A DNA stretch of 64,000 nt from assembly GCF_028641065.1 (NCBI RefSeq), contig NC_073414.1:3410001-3474000 (forward strand), written 5' to 3'. The notes under the pieces were generated by a model. That model saw nothing but the letters and a program-made list of their open reading frames with translations, did no database searches and was not told the DNA's origin. Of the stretch, positions 12,721 through 25,092 are shown in pieces (positions within the stretch are counted from its first letter, which is position 1; each line of letters begins with the position of its first letter). The DNA is from Leucoraja erinacea. Lineage: Eukaryota. The position numbers were made by a program, and so were the translations under genes.

Positions 12721-14892
12721 GATGCTACCTGGCCTGCTGAATTCTCCTGCATTTTGTGTCAATCTACATATGTATCTAAATATCTTAAATATTAATTGGC
12801 TTTTTGCTTCCTGAGAATCAGTGCACTCAGTCCCAAATTGCAGGAGTAAAGACGAGGGCGAGTTTTGACCTAAATAGGGGGAAAAAACATGGTTAGATGC
12901 CACTAAGTAGATGGCAATGCCTTAACCATTTGTGTGTTGTAAGGCCACTAGGGCCCCTTCCATCCTTATCAAGGGGAGTGCTAACCTTCTCTCCTTTCAT
13001 ACAACACACCATCTTCGATGGCACGAACCATATTTATAGTTCGCAAGCCAGACACATATTTGGGTACAGGTATGGTGTAAGATTGGTCTAACACTACGTT
13101 TTCAATCTCACCTATTTAACAGATATAACTTAGTAAAACATGACAATATTTTATATTGAGCATAAATTCCATTTTTCAAGGCATTTCAACAGCTAAGGTT
13201 TAATTATGCTAATCTAGCAGCGTTTCAGCCAGTTGCTATTCAGTGTGTGTTTTAGTTGCAAGGAAAACCTCAAAGACTGCTCAAATCCAAATGTACAAAG
13301 CCTGTGGTTTATACAGCGTAGCATAAAATGATCTGACTCGACCATGAGTTGAATTAAATGAAGTTTAACAGCAGAACCTCGCCTTGTCATGTGACTTCGA
13401 CCGACAGCGCTGTTTGCGCATGCTCAGCGCTGAGTGTAACAAAGTCGACAACAATAGCCACAAAATAGACACAACCAAAGATCCTATATCTTTGGACACA
13501 AAATGCTGGAGTAACTCAACGAGACAGGCAGCATCTCTGGAGAGAAGGAATGGGTGACGTTTCGGGTCGAGACCCTTCTTCAGAAGAAGTTACTCCAGTT
13601 TTTTGTGTCTATCTTCGGTTTAAACCAAATATACTAGAGGTTTCTAGCTCCTCTAGTATCTTTGGTTTAAACCAGCATCTGCAGTTCCTTCTTACACAAC
13701 AACAACAGCCCTCCTTGCTGCAAGCAGCAATGGAAAGCATATGTGGGGTCACACAGCGAAACAATTAACCGACTTTATCCCAATGCCTTGCTTCAGCTGC
13801 TATTTCCATTATGCATATTAGAGTCAAGAGTGTTTTATTGTTATATTTCCCAGAGAGAACAATGAAATTCTTACTTGCAGCACAACAAAATATTGATTTC
13901 TCTATAACTTCAAATAACTCCGACATTCCCTCTCTCTCCATCCCTCCCCTACCCAACATACAGCTAACAATGTATAGAAAGGAACTGCAGATGCTGGTTT
14001 AAACCGAAGATAGTCACAAAACGCTGGGGTCACTCCGCGGGACAGGAGCAACTCTGGAGAGAAGGAATGGGTGACGTCTCAGACTGAAGAAGGGTCTCAG
14101 CCATAAATGTCACCCATTCCTTCTTTCCAGAGATGCCGCCTGTCCCGCTGAGTTACTCCAGCATATTGTGTCAACCTGTTCCCAAACTAAGCTGTGATGC
14201 AGTATTCAAGGTTTCAAGGTCAGTTTATTGTCACATTTAAGCAGTTAAGGAAATTTGAGTTATCATGCAGCCACACTAAGTGAAAAACAAGTGACACAAC
14301 CACATAAAAGTGAACATAAACATCCTTCACAGTGGATTCCACATTCCTCACTGTGATGGAAGTCAAGTCAAGTCTAGTCAAGTCACTTTTCACATTGGCT
14401 TATTTCTAGTTAGATGTGGCCCTTGTGGCTAAGGGGATCAGGGGGTATGGAAAAGGCAGGTACGGGATACTCTTGGATGATCCCCAAGATGCTTTGAATG
14501 GCGGTGCAGGTCGAACGAATGGCCTACTCCTGCAAGGCATTTCTATGTTTCTATGTTTCTATTTCTATAGCACATTTAAAACAACTCTCGTTGTCTCTGT
14601 ACTGTACACTGACAATGACAATTAAAATTGAATCTGAATCGTTGACCAAAGTGCTTTACATTGGTGGAGGTACTAACGTTATACAGGGAAGGCAATACAG
14701 TTCAATCTTCTTCCTCTTGTTCAAGTACCACAACAGTGAGAGAACCTGAAACCCATTAAATAAGCTTGAGAGCAAGGGAAAACGTAAAAATAAAATTCCA
14801 TATGAATATTTATTTCAAATGTTCAGCAGAGGCTGGAGCAGGGATAGAACACTGACATTGGAGTTACTCCTCTAGTCCATTCATTGAAATCA

Positions 14893-15333
14893 GTGCCGGC
14901 ACTGTGCATGCGTAGTCCCGTTCCGTCAGTCACCAAGAGGAGGTGCCGGCGGCACGCATGCGTTTGATGATCATTCCCTGGGTGCCGGCACTACGCATGC
15001 GTATGATCATCATTTACCAAGGGCGGTGCTGGCATTACGCATGCGTATGATGATCATTCCCCGAGGTGCATGCGGCATTACGCATGCGTATAATGATCAT
15101 TCCCCGGGGTGCCGGCATTACGCATGCGTATAATGATCATTCCCCGGGGTGCCGGCACCACGCATGCGTATGACCATCATTTACCATGGGCGGCGCCGGC
15201 ACCGGCACCGCGCATGCCCACTGCACGGCCTGCCCTCTGATCTCCCGGCCGGCGCCGCGTGTGGAGGCCTGGTCGCTCGGTGTGGAGCCTGGGCTTGGAG
15301 TTGACTCGCTGTCCCCGCCCGGAGATCGCGGCC
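14893..15333 (+). promoter_or_regulatory. EIF3K GC-rich promoter/5' region with a ~40 bp tandem repeat carrying ACGCATGCGT (NRF1-like) motifs
   Basis: CpG-rich; perfect ACGCATGCGT at 14954, 14993, 15037, 15080, 15120, 15160 plus variants at ~14906 and ~15209, directly upstream of the ATG exon. Confidence 0.7.
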
Positions 15334-15392
15334 ATGAGCGCCATCGAGCAGATGCGAGCCAATGTGGGGAAGCTGCTGAAGGGCATCGACCG
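15334..15392 (+). CDS. EIF3K: EIF3K exon 1 (coding part)
   Basis: GCCATG Kozak context, [20 protein letters not shown], donor CG|GTGAGT, GC-rich surroundings. Confidence 0.95.
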
Positions 15393-18300
15393 GTGAGTGT
15401 TAAACCACCCACTCCTTCTCTCCAGAGATGCTGGAGTTACAGCAGTGCAGAGAAGGTTCACCAGACTGATTCCTGGGATGTCAGGACTGTCTTATGAAGA
15501 AAGACTGGATAGACTTGGTTTATACTCTCTAGAATTTAGAAGATTGAGAGGGGATCTTATAGAAACTTACAAAATTCTTAAGGGGTTGGACAGGCTAGAT
15601 GCAGGAAGATTGTTCCCGATGTTAGGGAAGTCCAGAACAAGGGGTCACAGCTTAAGGATAAGGGGGAAATCCTTTAAAACCGAGATGAGAAGAACTTTTT
15701 TCACGCAGAGAGTGGTGAATCTCTGGAACTCTCTGCCACAGAGGGTAGTTGAGGCCAGTTCATTGGCTATATTTAAGAGGGAGTTAGATGTGGCCCTTGT
15801 GGCTAAGGGGATCAGGGGGTATGGAGAGAAGGCAGGTACGGGATACTGAGTTGGATGATCAGCCATGATCATATTGAATGGCGGTGCAGGCTCGAAGGGC
15901 CGAATGGCCTACTCCTGCACCTATTTTCTATGTTTCTATGTTACTCCGGCATTTTGTGTGTGGGATGGGACCGGTCAGGGCGGTCTAGAGCAAAATGTAT
16001 TGGTCACATTCAAGCCAAGTCCCATTTATTTATACAGCACATTTAAAAAACAACTCTCGTTGGCCAAAGTGCTTTACATTTGTTATAAGAATAGCACAAC
16101 AAAACAGACTACATACATATATACATGTAACCCTCACTCAGACGACGTCAGGAAAGGTTTGGGAGTATAGATAAGTCTTTGGACTCTTGACTTAAAAGAG
16201 TCGATGGAGGGGGCAGTTCTGATGGGAAAGGGGATGCTGTTCCACAGTCTAGGGGCTGCAACCGCAAAGGCACGATCGGTTTAATGTTAAATGTCCCAGA
16301 TATATTCGTCCTTGCAACAGCACAACATTCAGTACACTGTAAACAATATAATAATGCATTTTGTTGTCTCTGTACTGTACACTGACAATGACAATTAAAA
16401 TTGAATCTGAATCTGAATAAACGAGAAGAAGAGGTAAAAAGTTCAGTGTATGCATATATGCAAGTATATATACATATGGTACACAAAAAAAGCTGGAGAA
16501 ACTCAGCGGGTGCAGTAGCATCTATGGAGCGAAGGAAATGGGCAACGTTTCGGGCCGAAACCCTTCTTCAGACATATATATACATAAGTATGTGTGCTGA
16601 GGTGGGATTGTGCAGGGTAGTTCATGAACCTGATAGTCAATGGGAGGAAACTGTTCTTGAACCTGGAGGTATCTTTTCTCAGGCTCCTGATAAATCATAT
16701 TCACCACTGCGTGGAGTTAACAAAATGCAAACAACATCTTAATATATATAAGTGTATATATACATATTCATAGACACACATGAAGAAGGGTCTCAACCTG
16801 AAACGTCACCCATTCCTTCTCCAGAGATGCTGCCTGTCCCGCTGATTTACTCCAGCTTTTTGTGTCTCATCTTCAGCCTAAGCGGACCGTTTTGTTACTG
16901 TTCGACTCCTCTCGGAGGCCACGACAAAACGGCAAAGCTCTGGAACCAAGAGTGCTGGAAAATTGATGGCGGTCCTATAACTTCGAAAAGCTGTCAATTC
17001 CAATTCTTGCTTCCCTCCACAGGTATAATCCTGAGAATCTGTCGACTTTAGAACGATACGTGGAGACTCAGGCCAGGGAGAATGCTTATGATCTGGAAGC
17101 CAATCTGGCGGTTCTTAAACTGTAAGTATATCTCTTGTTATCAATGGTCAATGATTTGAAGCATCCTCCCCAAGAAGCCACCTGTTGAATATTTTTCAAT
17201 CTTTGTGTTTTAGCACTAATTTCAGGTGTCTACAATATCATTCTTGTTGCATTAATCCATTTGCTGTCTTTTCCATGCAGGTATCAGTTCAATCCCGCTT
17301 TCTTCCAGTCAACCGTAACTGCACAAATCTTGCTGAAAGCCCTGACGAACCTTCCACACACAGACTTCACCCTCTGCAAATGTATGATCGACCAGACCCA
17401 TGTATCCTTACCCAAGAGGCAGCAATTATCGCTTATTCTAAGTAAACAACACCAAGATAGTGCAAAAACTAAAGTATGTAAAATAACTGCAGTAGGCTGG
17501 AGTGGCTGTGTGCTGAGGTGGGTTTGTGCAGGGTGATTCATGAACCTGACAGTCGATGGGAGGAAACTGTTCTTGAACCTAGATGTATCTATTTTCAGGA
17601 TCCTGATAAATCATATTTACCACTGTGTGGAGTTAATAATCTTCAGTTTCCTCCCACACTCCAAAGACGTACAGGTTTGTAGGTTAATTGGCTTGCTAAA
17701 TGTAAAATTTGTCCCCAGTGGGTGTAGGATAGTGTTAATGTGCGGGGATCGCTGGTCGGCGCAGACCCGGTGGGCCGAAGGGCCTGTTTTCGCGGTGTAT
17801 CTCTAAACTAAACTAAACTAAACCTAGAGCCCTGCTGAAAGTATGGAGACATAGGCTTCCTTAACCAAGCAAACACAGCAAGAGGAGCGGCCAATTCAAC
17901 AAATCCTGAATCTAGGTGACCTCTTGGAGACCTGCCACTTCCAAGACTTCTGGGTGAGTAAGATGTCTTTGGGTTTATTCACCTTTGAGATTCTCCTTTA
18001 GGCATGCTTGATAGTAGTTGTGTGAAACCTGGGAAGCCCTTACCTGGAGTGGCATTGCCTTCGATGACTTTGTGGAATTCAATTCGATGGACAAGCACAG
18101 GGCTTTGTGCTGTAGGTCTCCAGCAATTACATCCTTGCAGAATCATTGTTGCCTGACAGGCAGCATCTGTGGAGAGAGGAACTGAGTTAATGTTCAACGT
18201 TAATATTTCTTCATCAGAACTGGACGACTGTAACAACATTTCCTTATTTCAAACCCAAATCTCTGCAATAATATTATCAAATATTGCCATATTATCCATT

Positions 18301-21300
18301 TGCCCTCTAATCTATTTCCTGCACTTGCTGGCTAAGCATGCATGTCTAAATGTGTAAGAAGGAACTGCAGATGAAGGTTTACTTCAATCCTGATCTTGGT
18401 TGCTGTCTGTGTGGAGTTTGCATGTTCTCCCTCTAACCATATGGGTTTCCTCCGGGTGCTACAGTTTCCTCCCACATCCCGAAGATGTGAGGATTTGTAG
18501 GTTAATTGGCTTCTGTAAAATTGCCCCTGGTGTGTTGGAAGTGAACGAGAAAGTGGAATAACAAGGAACGAGTGTCGTCGTGATTGATGGTCGGTGTGGA
18601 CTCGGGTAGATCGAAGGGCCCGTGTCCATGCTGCATCTAAAGTTCAGATGCCAACCCTCACTGGAACAGAATTCCAGAGATCCACCACCTTCTGAAGAAA
18701 TTCCTACACCTCTCAGGTTTAAATGATCATTCCCTTAACTTTAAACTGTGTGTTCCATGGTCGATAAATATCTTAACATCTACTGTGAGTCCCATTTTAT
18801 TTTGTACTTTTCAATAAGCTCCCCATCCAAACAATACACACCCAGACCGTTTAGATCCTCTTGATACGACAACCCTCTCGCCCTAGGAATTAACCTGATG
18901 AATCTCCTTTTGATTGCCTCCAAAGGCACTATATCCTTTCTTGACCAAAAACTGCATGTACTGTAGATGTCCAGGTGTAGCCTGACGGAAACCCTGTACA
19001 ACTGTAACCATGGTATGGCACGGTGGCGCAGCGGTAGAGTTGCTGCCTTACAGCACCAGAGAACCGGGTTTGATCCCTACTATGGGTGCTGTCTGTACGG
19101 AGTTTGTACGTTCTCCCCTTGACCTTATTAGTATTCTGTACGTTCTCCAGTTTCCTTCCACACTCCAATGAAGTTCAGGTTTATTGGTTAATTGGATTTG
19201 GTAATTGTAAATTATCCCTAGTGTGTGTAGCAGTGGTTGTGGATGGCTAGTCGGCGATGACTCGATGGGCCAAAGGGCCTGTTTCCGCGCTGGATCTCTA
19301 AACTAAACTAAACCTTCCCTGTTTCAAACTCCAATCCCCTTGGAATAAAGGCCAATATGCCCCCTGCCCATTTGTTCTCTTAACTATTTCCTACACTTGC
19401 CTGCTAACTTTGCCTGATTGATGCACAAGAACGCCCAGATCCACCTACATTTCACTGATTTCCAGTCTTTATCCACTTTGATAATTCGCTTTTGATTCTC
19501 TTACCGAAATACATGTCATCACACTTTCCCAGATTAAACTCCACTTGCCAAGATTTCGCCCACTCACTCTATCTATATCCTGTTGCTGAGTCACAATATG
19601 CTCTTCACAACTCGCCCTGCCAACACAGCCTGAGCCAGGGTGAAGAGCACAGTTGTCCAGGTGACACAGTGCTTTTAATGCTACAGATGAACGGCAGGTG
19701 TAGTTGAAATAGCAGTGAGAGTCTGTGGGCTTGCCATGGATATCAGTCTTTAAAGATACAGCGCAGAAACAGGCCCTTCAGTCCGTGCTGACCAGTGTAC
19801 ACTGACCAGTACACTAACACACTAGGGACATTTTATAATTTTTACCGAAGCCAATTAACCTACAAACTTATACATCTTTGGAGTGTGGGAGGAAACCGGA
19901 GAAATCGCACGCGGGTCACAGAGAACGAACAAACTCCATACAGACAGCACCCACAGTCAAGATCGAACACGGATTTCTGGTACTGTAAGTCAGCAACTCT
20001 ACCACCGTGCTGCCCAAAATGAAGATGGAGAAGTAATGGCAAGGAAGAGTCATATATGGATTACAGGCAGACCACTGGTTATTAATGTCCGAGTTACGGC
20101 CACCCCTACATATGAACCCTCGTGGTATTCACAAATTCAAAATCTGACGTACCTACATACGTTTGCTCCTATGACCGGCAGAACTAGTTTCCCCTCTCTC
20201 TCCGCTTTTAGTCATTGTTTTTTCTTTATCAGTTCTCTGTGCTTTTGCTGTCATTCGCTAAAAAACTGTGGGCATGTGGTTATCGTATAGAGTGATTTTG
20301 TGGTTTCTTTCCGACTTGGGGATGAAGTCTGTAAAAATGGAACCTGTTCGTTACCCAGGGATGGCCCTGATGCCAGGGTGGAAATTGGCAAGAAAATTGG
20401 TTGTGACAACATAGATGGAGGCCATTGCCAACAAAGTAGCCAATAAAATCAAGGACCTCTTTCGTCCTGGTCATTCCCTCTTCCCCCCTCTCCCTTCAGG
20501 AGAAGATAAGGTGGAGAATAGCATGGGATTTGCGTGGGTGCTTCATGGTTAGCAGAGACTCATTGGGCCAAATCATTGATACTATTTGCTCCATGATTAA
20601 CTTCTCTTCCCTTCACCATCCAGCGTAATCTCGAAGAAAATGCAGAGCTGATTGATGGAATAACGAGCTTTGAAGATTCAGTGCGTAAATGTGAGTACGT
20701 CATGATCACAAACTCTAGGTTTTACTGGTAAATGGAGAAGAGGGAAGGAGGGGGGGGGGGGGGGGGTAGATCATGGAAGCGATCATGCATATCCCAGACC
20801 CTGTCTTTGGTGTTGTTCTTAGATGGCAACGTCACTACGCAGAAGGAGCAGCAACAGCAGCAGACCTTTGCATAGCACCTTTAAGAGCCCAATGCCTTTC
20901 ACAGCTTAACTATTTACCGGAGAGATGAACCTCTCAGTTGCTAACTATTTTAGCTCTTCTTTCCATTCCCGTGCTGACCTTTCTTGTCCTGGGCCTCCTA
21001 CATTGCCAGTGTGAAGACACATGAAAACTATAGGAACAGCACCTCAGATTCTGCTTGGGCAGCTTACAGTGTGATCTTTGAATTCTCCAATTCTAGGTAA
21101 CTACAAAACCTTCCCCTTCTCACTTCACCCCCCCCAACCAACCCACTCACATCTGCTTTGTGAAAAGGGAGCCCTCACCTTGTCTAGTTTGAATCACATC
21201 TCTATGTGGTTGACTCAAACCCTCTGAAGCCCTGGCTCTAGAAGCAACTGGAGTCACTTTTTGCTACAATTCCTTGGCCATTATAGAGGACCCACAAATG

Positions 21301-23264
21301 TTCATCAATCCTGTGTATCTGCTCAGGAGTAAGTAAAATAATGATCTTTTCCGAGAAAGAGCAACCAGTGATCAGTGTCAATAATCTGGGTTGCAGACTG
21401 CTAATTGTGCGACCTTTTTAACAATAAAGTCGTAATTTTGGGTAGTAGAAGCAAACATCATTGGTTGTGATGAATGGTATTGTGTAAAATCGATGTGCAA
21501 AGGAAGCATTTTGGCTGCAGAGTCGGTGGAGTTGGTGTTACTGCACTTCCAGTAGATAAAAGTAATCTCTCTGGGAAGAAACCATCTGCTTGCCAGAGTT
21601 ATTCTGTCTAGGACATGCCGTAACCTGTTGGAACTCTTCCCACAGTTATCTGTCATGTCGTTGGAATCACGTACCAAACAATAGAGAAATGGCTGCTGGC
21701 TGAAATGTTAGGAGAACTAACAGGTAAGGTTAATGTGGGGTTTTGGGGCAAATGCCCTGGACTATGGTGATAATCTCAGCAGAGAAGTGCTTGGAGACTA
21801 ACTTTAAATCAAATTTTTTTTTTTTGTAAATATTTTTATTAGAAGCAAACATATTATGGTAAAGGATAATTACATAAAAACAGTAAAAACTTTTCATGTA
21901 TATCAATCATACATTATTAAAATGTTCAATTGTGGTTTGATTCTGCTTCTAATTTAAAAAATATATATAGATAGTAAATAAGAGAGAAAGAGAGAAAAAA
22001 AACTTACAAATGTCAAAAATATCAATATATTGTAAATGCCACAAAATATGTCTCATTTAAACCCCTCCCTTCAAGTTCCACGTGATATCCTTGATTTGTT
22101 CCTTCTTTCTAAGGACTTTAAAGACTTTAGAGATACAGCATGAAAACTGGCACTTCAGCCCACCGAGTCTGTGTCAACTAGCAATCACTCCGTACACTAA
22201 CGCTATCCTAAACAATAGCGAAACATTACAATTTTGCCAAAGCCAATAGACCTACAAACCTGTATGTCTTTGTGTGACACATTAATTTTCTCCGGGTGCT
22301 CCGGTTTCCTCCCACTGTCCAAATACGTACAAGTTTGTAAGTTGATTCTAATGCTAAAAATGAAGCTGTACAATAATTGTATAACTGTTATATCGATCGC
22401 CTTATCCCTGTACAATCGCTTCTAATAAAATAAAATAAATAAATAGAAAGTTTGTGGGTTAATTAGACTCGGTAAAAAAAATAGTAAAATGTCCCTAGTG
22501 TGTAGCATAATGTTAGTGAAAGGGGTGATCGCTGTTTGGCGTGGACTCGGTGGGCCGAAGGGCCTGTTTTCGCACGGTATCTAAAGTCTAATGTGTATAG
22601 TCTTACTAAAGTAAAATCTAATTCCACACCTTATTACAACATAGAACAGTGCAGCACAGGGGTCAGGCCCTTCGACGCACAATATCTGTGCCGAACACAA
22701 TACTAATCTCATTGGTAGACAAAAGTGCTGGAGAAACTCAGCGGGTGCAGCAGCATCTATGGAGTGAAGGAAATGGGCAACGTTTCGGGCCGAAACGTTG
22801 CCCATTTCCTTCGCTCCATAGATGCTGCTGCACCCGCTGAGTTTCTCCAGCACTTTTGTCTACCTTCGATTTTCCAGCATATGCAGTTCCTAATCTCATT
22901 GGTACCTCATTGTAGCACATTTAACAATGCATTGGAAAGACGGATTGGCGATCTTCCTGAATAATCCAACATCTCTTTCAATCCACCATAATATCTTCAG
23001 ATTCCCAGTTGCAAGTTTGGATGAGCAAGTACGGCTGGACAGAGTCTGAACCTGAAAAAATCTTTATCTGCAACCAAGAGGAAAGTATCAAGCCCAAAAA
23101 TATTGTGGAGAAGATAGATTTTGACAGTGAGTAAATGGTGTCCTGGGTGGAGCCGATGATATCCTTGAATATGCATGTCTTTTGGATTCAGGCTGAGAAT
23201 GTTTGCTGACTGGTGCTGTTTTCTGGTTTCAGGTGTAGCCAGCATCATGGCCACATCGCATTGA
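15334..23264 (+). CDS. EIF3K: Eukaryotic translation initiation factor 3 subunit K; join(15334..15392,17023..17121,17281..17401,17879..17953,20624..20690,21646..21723,23001..23126,23233..23264), 657 nt, 218 aa
   Basis: Spliced protein [93 protein letters not shown]...[23 protein letters not shown] is recognisably eIF3k; exon lengths sum to an intact frame. Confidence 0.97.
15444..15940 (+). mobile_element. CR1-clade LINE 3' fragment in EIF3K intron 1
   Basis: [11 protein letters not shown]...[14 protein letters not shown]...[14 protein letters not shown]; tail TTCTATGT. Confidence 0.92.
17023..17121 (+). CDS. EIF3K: EIF3K exon 2
   Basis: [33 protein letters not shown]; CAG acceptor, GTAAGT donor. 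Confidence 0.95.
17281..17401 (+). CDS. EIF3K: EIF3K exon 3
   Basis: [40 protein letters not shown]; donor GTATCCTT (U12 type). Confidence 0.95.
17402..17878 (+). other. U12-type (minor spliceosome) GT-AG intron, EIF3K intron 3
   Basis: 5' site GTATCCTTAC; branch point TTCCTTAAC at 17857-17865, 13 nt before the end of the intron; no polypyrimidine tract. Confidence 0.9.
17879..17953 (+). CDS. EIF3K: EIF3K exon 4
   Basis: [25 protein letters not shown]; U12 branch point upstream; GTGAGT donor. Confidence 0.94.
19017..19313 (+). mobile_element. tRNA-derived V-SINE (HE1-like), near full length
   Basis: GGCACGGTGGCGCAGCGGTAGAG head, V-domain, (CTAAA)n tail; related copies near 730-1500, 6024-6640, 17640-17825, 18380-18640, 19750-20012, 22130-22585, 33620-33933, 50740-50910, 52090-52380. 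Confidence 0.85.
20624..20690 (+). CDS. EIF3K: EIF3K exon 5
   Basis: [22 protein letters not shown]; CAG/GTGAGT. Confidence 0.94.
21646..21723 (+). CDS. EIF3K: EIF3K exon 6
   Basis: [25 protein letters not shown]; CAG/GTAAGG. Confidence 0.94.
23001..23126 (+). CDS. EIF3K: EIF3K exon 7
   Basis: [41 protein letters not shown]; CAG/GTGAGT. Confidence 0.95.
23233..23264 (+). CDS. EIF3K: EIF3K exon 8 (coding part, TGA stop)
   Basis: VASIMATSH*; followed by AATAAA about 55 nt later. Confidence 0.92.
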
Positions 23265-23319
23265 TGGAAACACCAAGGCTTCTCAGTTTTGTGTTTGGAA
23301 GAAAATACTCATTATTGCT

Positions 23320-23330
23320 AATAAATTAAA
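23320..23330 (+). terminator. EIF3K polyadenylation signal (AATAAA overlapping ATTAAA)
   Basis: AATAAATTAAA 56 nt after the stop codon. Confidence 0.7.
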
Positions 23331-23899
23331 AACTTGCAAATGCATGCATCGTCTGATATAACAAAATTCACAAATGAAGAAACTGTTGGCGTCAAATAGT
23401 GTGGAAAACTTTCTTCATCTCTTGAATGACTTGTTTTTTGTAACTTGGTTTATTCTTTAAACAATCCTCTTGCTCATTGCTTGCTTGATTGTTATTTGTT
23501 GTGCTTCCGAACGCTTATCTCCTATCTCTGCCCTCTTTGGTGTCTCCTTTTTCAGATATTCCTTTAAGCACATGTCTTTGACCACCAGTGTGAGGAAGGA
23601 ACTACAGATGCTGGTTTATACCGAAGACGGGCACAAAATGCTGGAGTGACTCTGCAGGTCAGGCAGCATCAGTGGAGAAAAGGAATGGACAACGTTTTGA
23701 GTCGGAACCCATGCCGCAGTCTGAAGAAGGGTTCCAACCCAAAATGTCTTGTATTCCTGTTCTCCAGGAATGCTGCCAGACCCGCTGAGTTACTCCAGCA
23801 CCGTGTGTATGTCTTTGACCACTATCTTCATTGACTGGTAGAATCTGGAGCTCGTACGTTAATAAGTTATAGGAACAGAATTAGGCCATTCGGCCCCTT

Positions 23900-24276
23900 A
23901 TTGAAACTTACAAAATTCTTAAGGGGTTGGACAGGCTAGATGCAGGAAGATTGTTCCCGATGTTAGGGAAGTCCAGGACAAGGGGTCACAGCTTAAGGAT
24001 AAGGGGGAAATCCTTTAAAAATGAGATGAGAAGAACTTTTTTCACACAGGTGAATCTCTGGAACTCTCTGCCACAGAGGGTAGTTGAGGCCAGTTCATTG
24101 GCTATATTTAAGAGGGAGTTAGATGTGGCCCTTGTGGCTAAGGGGATCAGGGGGTATGGAGAGAAGGCAGGTACGGGATACTGAGTTGGATGATCAGCCA
24201 TGATCATATTGAATGGCGGTGCAGGCTCGAAGGGCCGAATGGCCTACTCCTGCACCTAATTTCTATGTTTCTATGT
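23900..24276 (+). mobile_element. CR1-clade LINE 3' fragment
   Basis: Near-identical to 15560-15940. Confidence 0.9.
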
Positions 24277-24704
24277 AAGTCTACTCCACCATTCAACCAT
24301 GGCTGGTCTATCTTTCCCTCTCAATCCCCATTCTCCTGCCTTCTCACCGTAACCCCAGACACCCGAACTAATCATGAATCTACCAGCTGGAACTGGGATT
24401 GTAGCTTCTGAAAAAAACTTATTTAGGACTATAAGATAAATTATTTTTTTGCTTGGAGTATGAACCTTTGCAATTCTCTACTGCGGACGGCTGTGTGGTA
24501 GTGCTGCTCGGAATAAAACTGCCAGTCTGCATGAAGCAAAACCCCAGGACTGTGTTAAGGCATGGGATGGGTCGGTGCTGAGATTTTAAATTTCAGTCTT
24601 TCCCTTTCCTACCTCACTCTCTTTCTCTCTCACACACATATGCGCACACACACCTTCACACAAGGCATTCCAACCATCTCGTGGCCTTAAAGCACAGGTC
24701 CTAA

Positions 24705-25092
24705 AAACATAGGAGGAGGCCATTCGGCCCTTTGAGCCAGCACCGCCATTCATTGTGATCATGGCTTATCGTCCCCTATCAATAACCCGTGCCTGCCTTC
24801 TCTTCATATCCCTTGACTCCACTAGCCCCTAGAACTCTATCTAACGCTCTCTTAAATCCATCCAGTGACGGCCTCTGTGGCAGGGAATTCTATAAATTCA
24901 CAACTCTGGGTGAAAAGGTTTTTTCTCACCTCAGTCTTAAATGGCCTCCCTTTTATTCTAAGACTGTGGCCCCTGGTTCCGGACTCGCCCAACATTGGGA
25001 CCATTTTTCCTGTATCTAGCTTGTCCAGTCCTTTTATAATTTTATATGTTTCTATTAGAGCCCCCTCATCCTTCAAAACTCCAGTGAATACA
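24705..25092 (-). mobile_element. CR1-clade LINE 3' fragment
   Basis: [12 protein letters not shown]...TRGHSLRI on the minus strand. Confidence 0.85.

Noticed and set aside
15137-15497. Overlapping GC-rich ORFs at the EIF3K 5' end
   Set aside because: Expected from stop-poor CpG-rich DNA; no recognisable protein apart from EIF3K exon 1
19017-19095. tRNA-like sequence with A and B boxes (also at 4081, 6024 and others)
   Set aside because: These are SINE heads continuing into the V-domain; no complete cloverleaf
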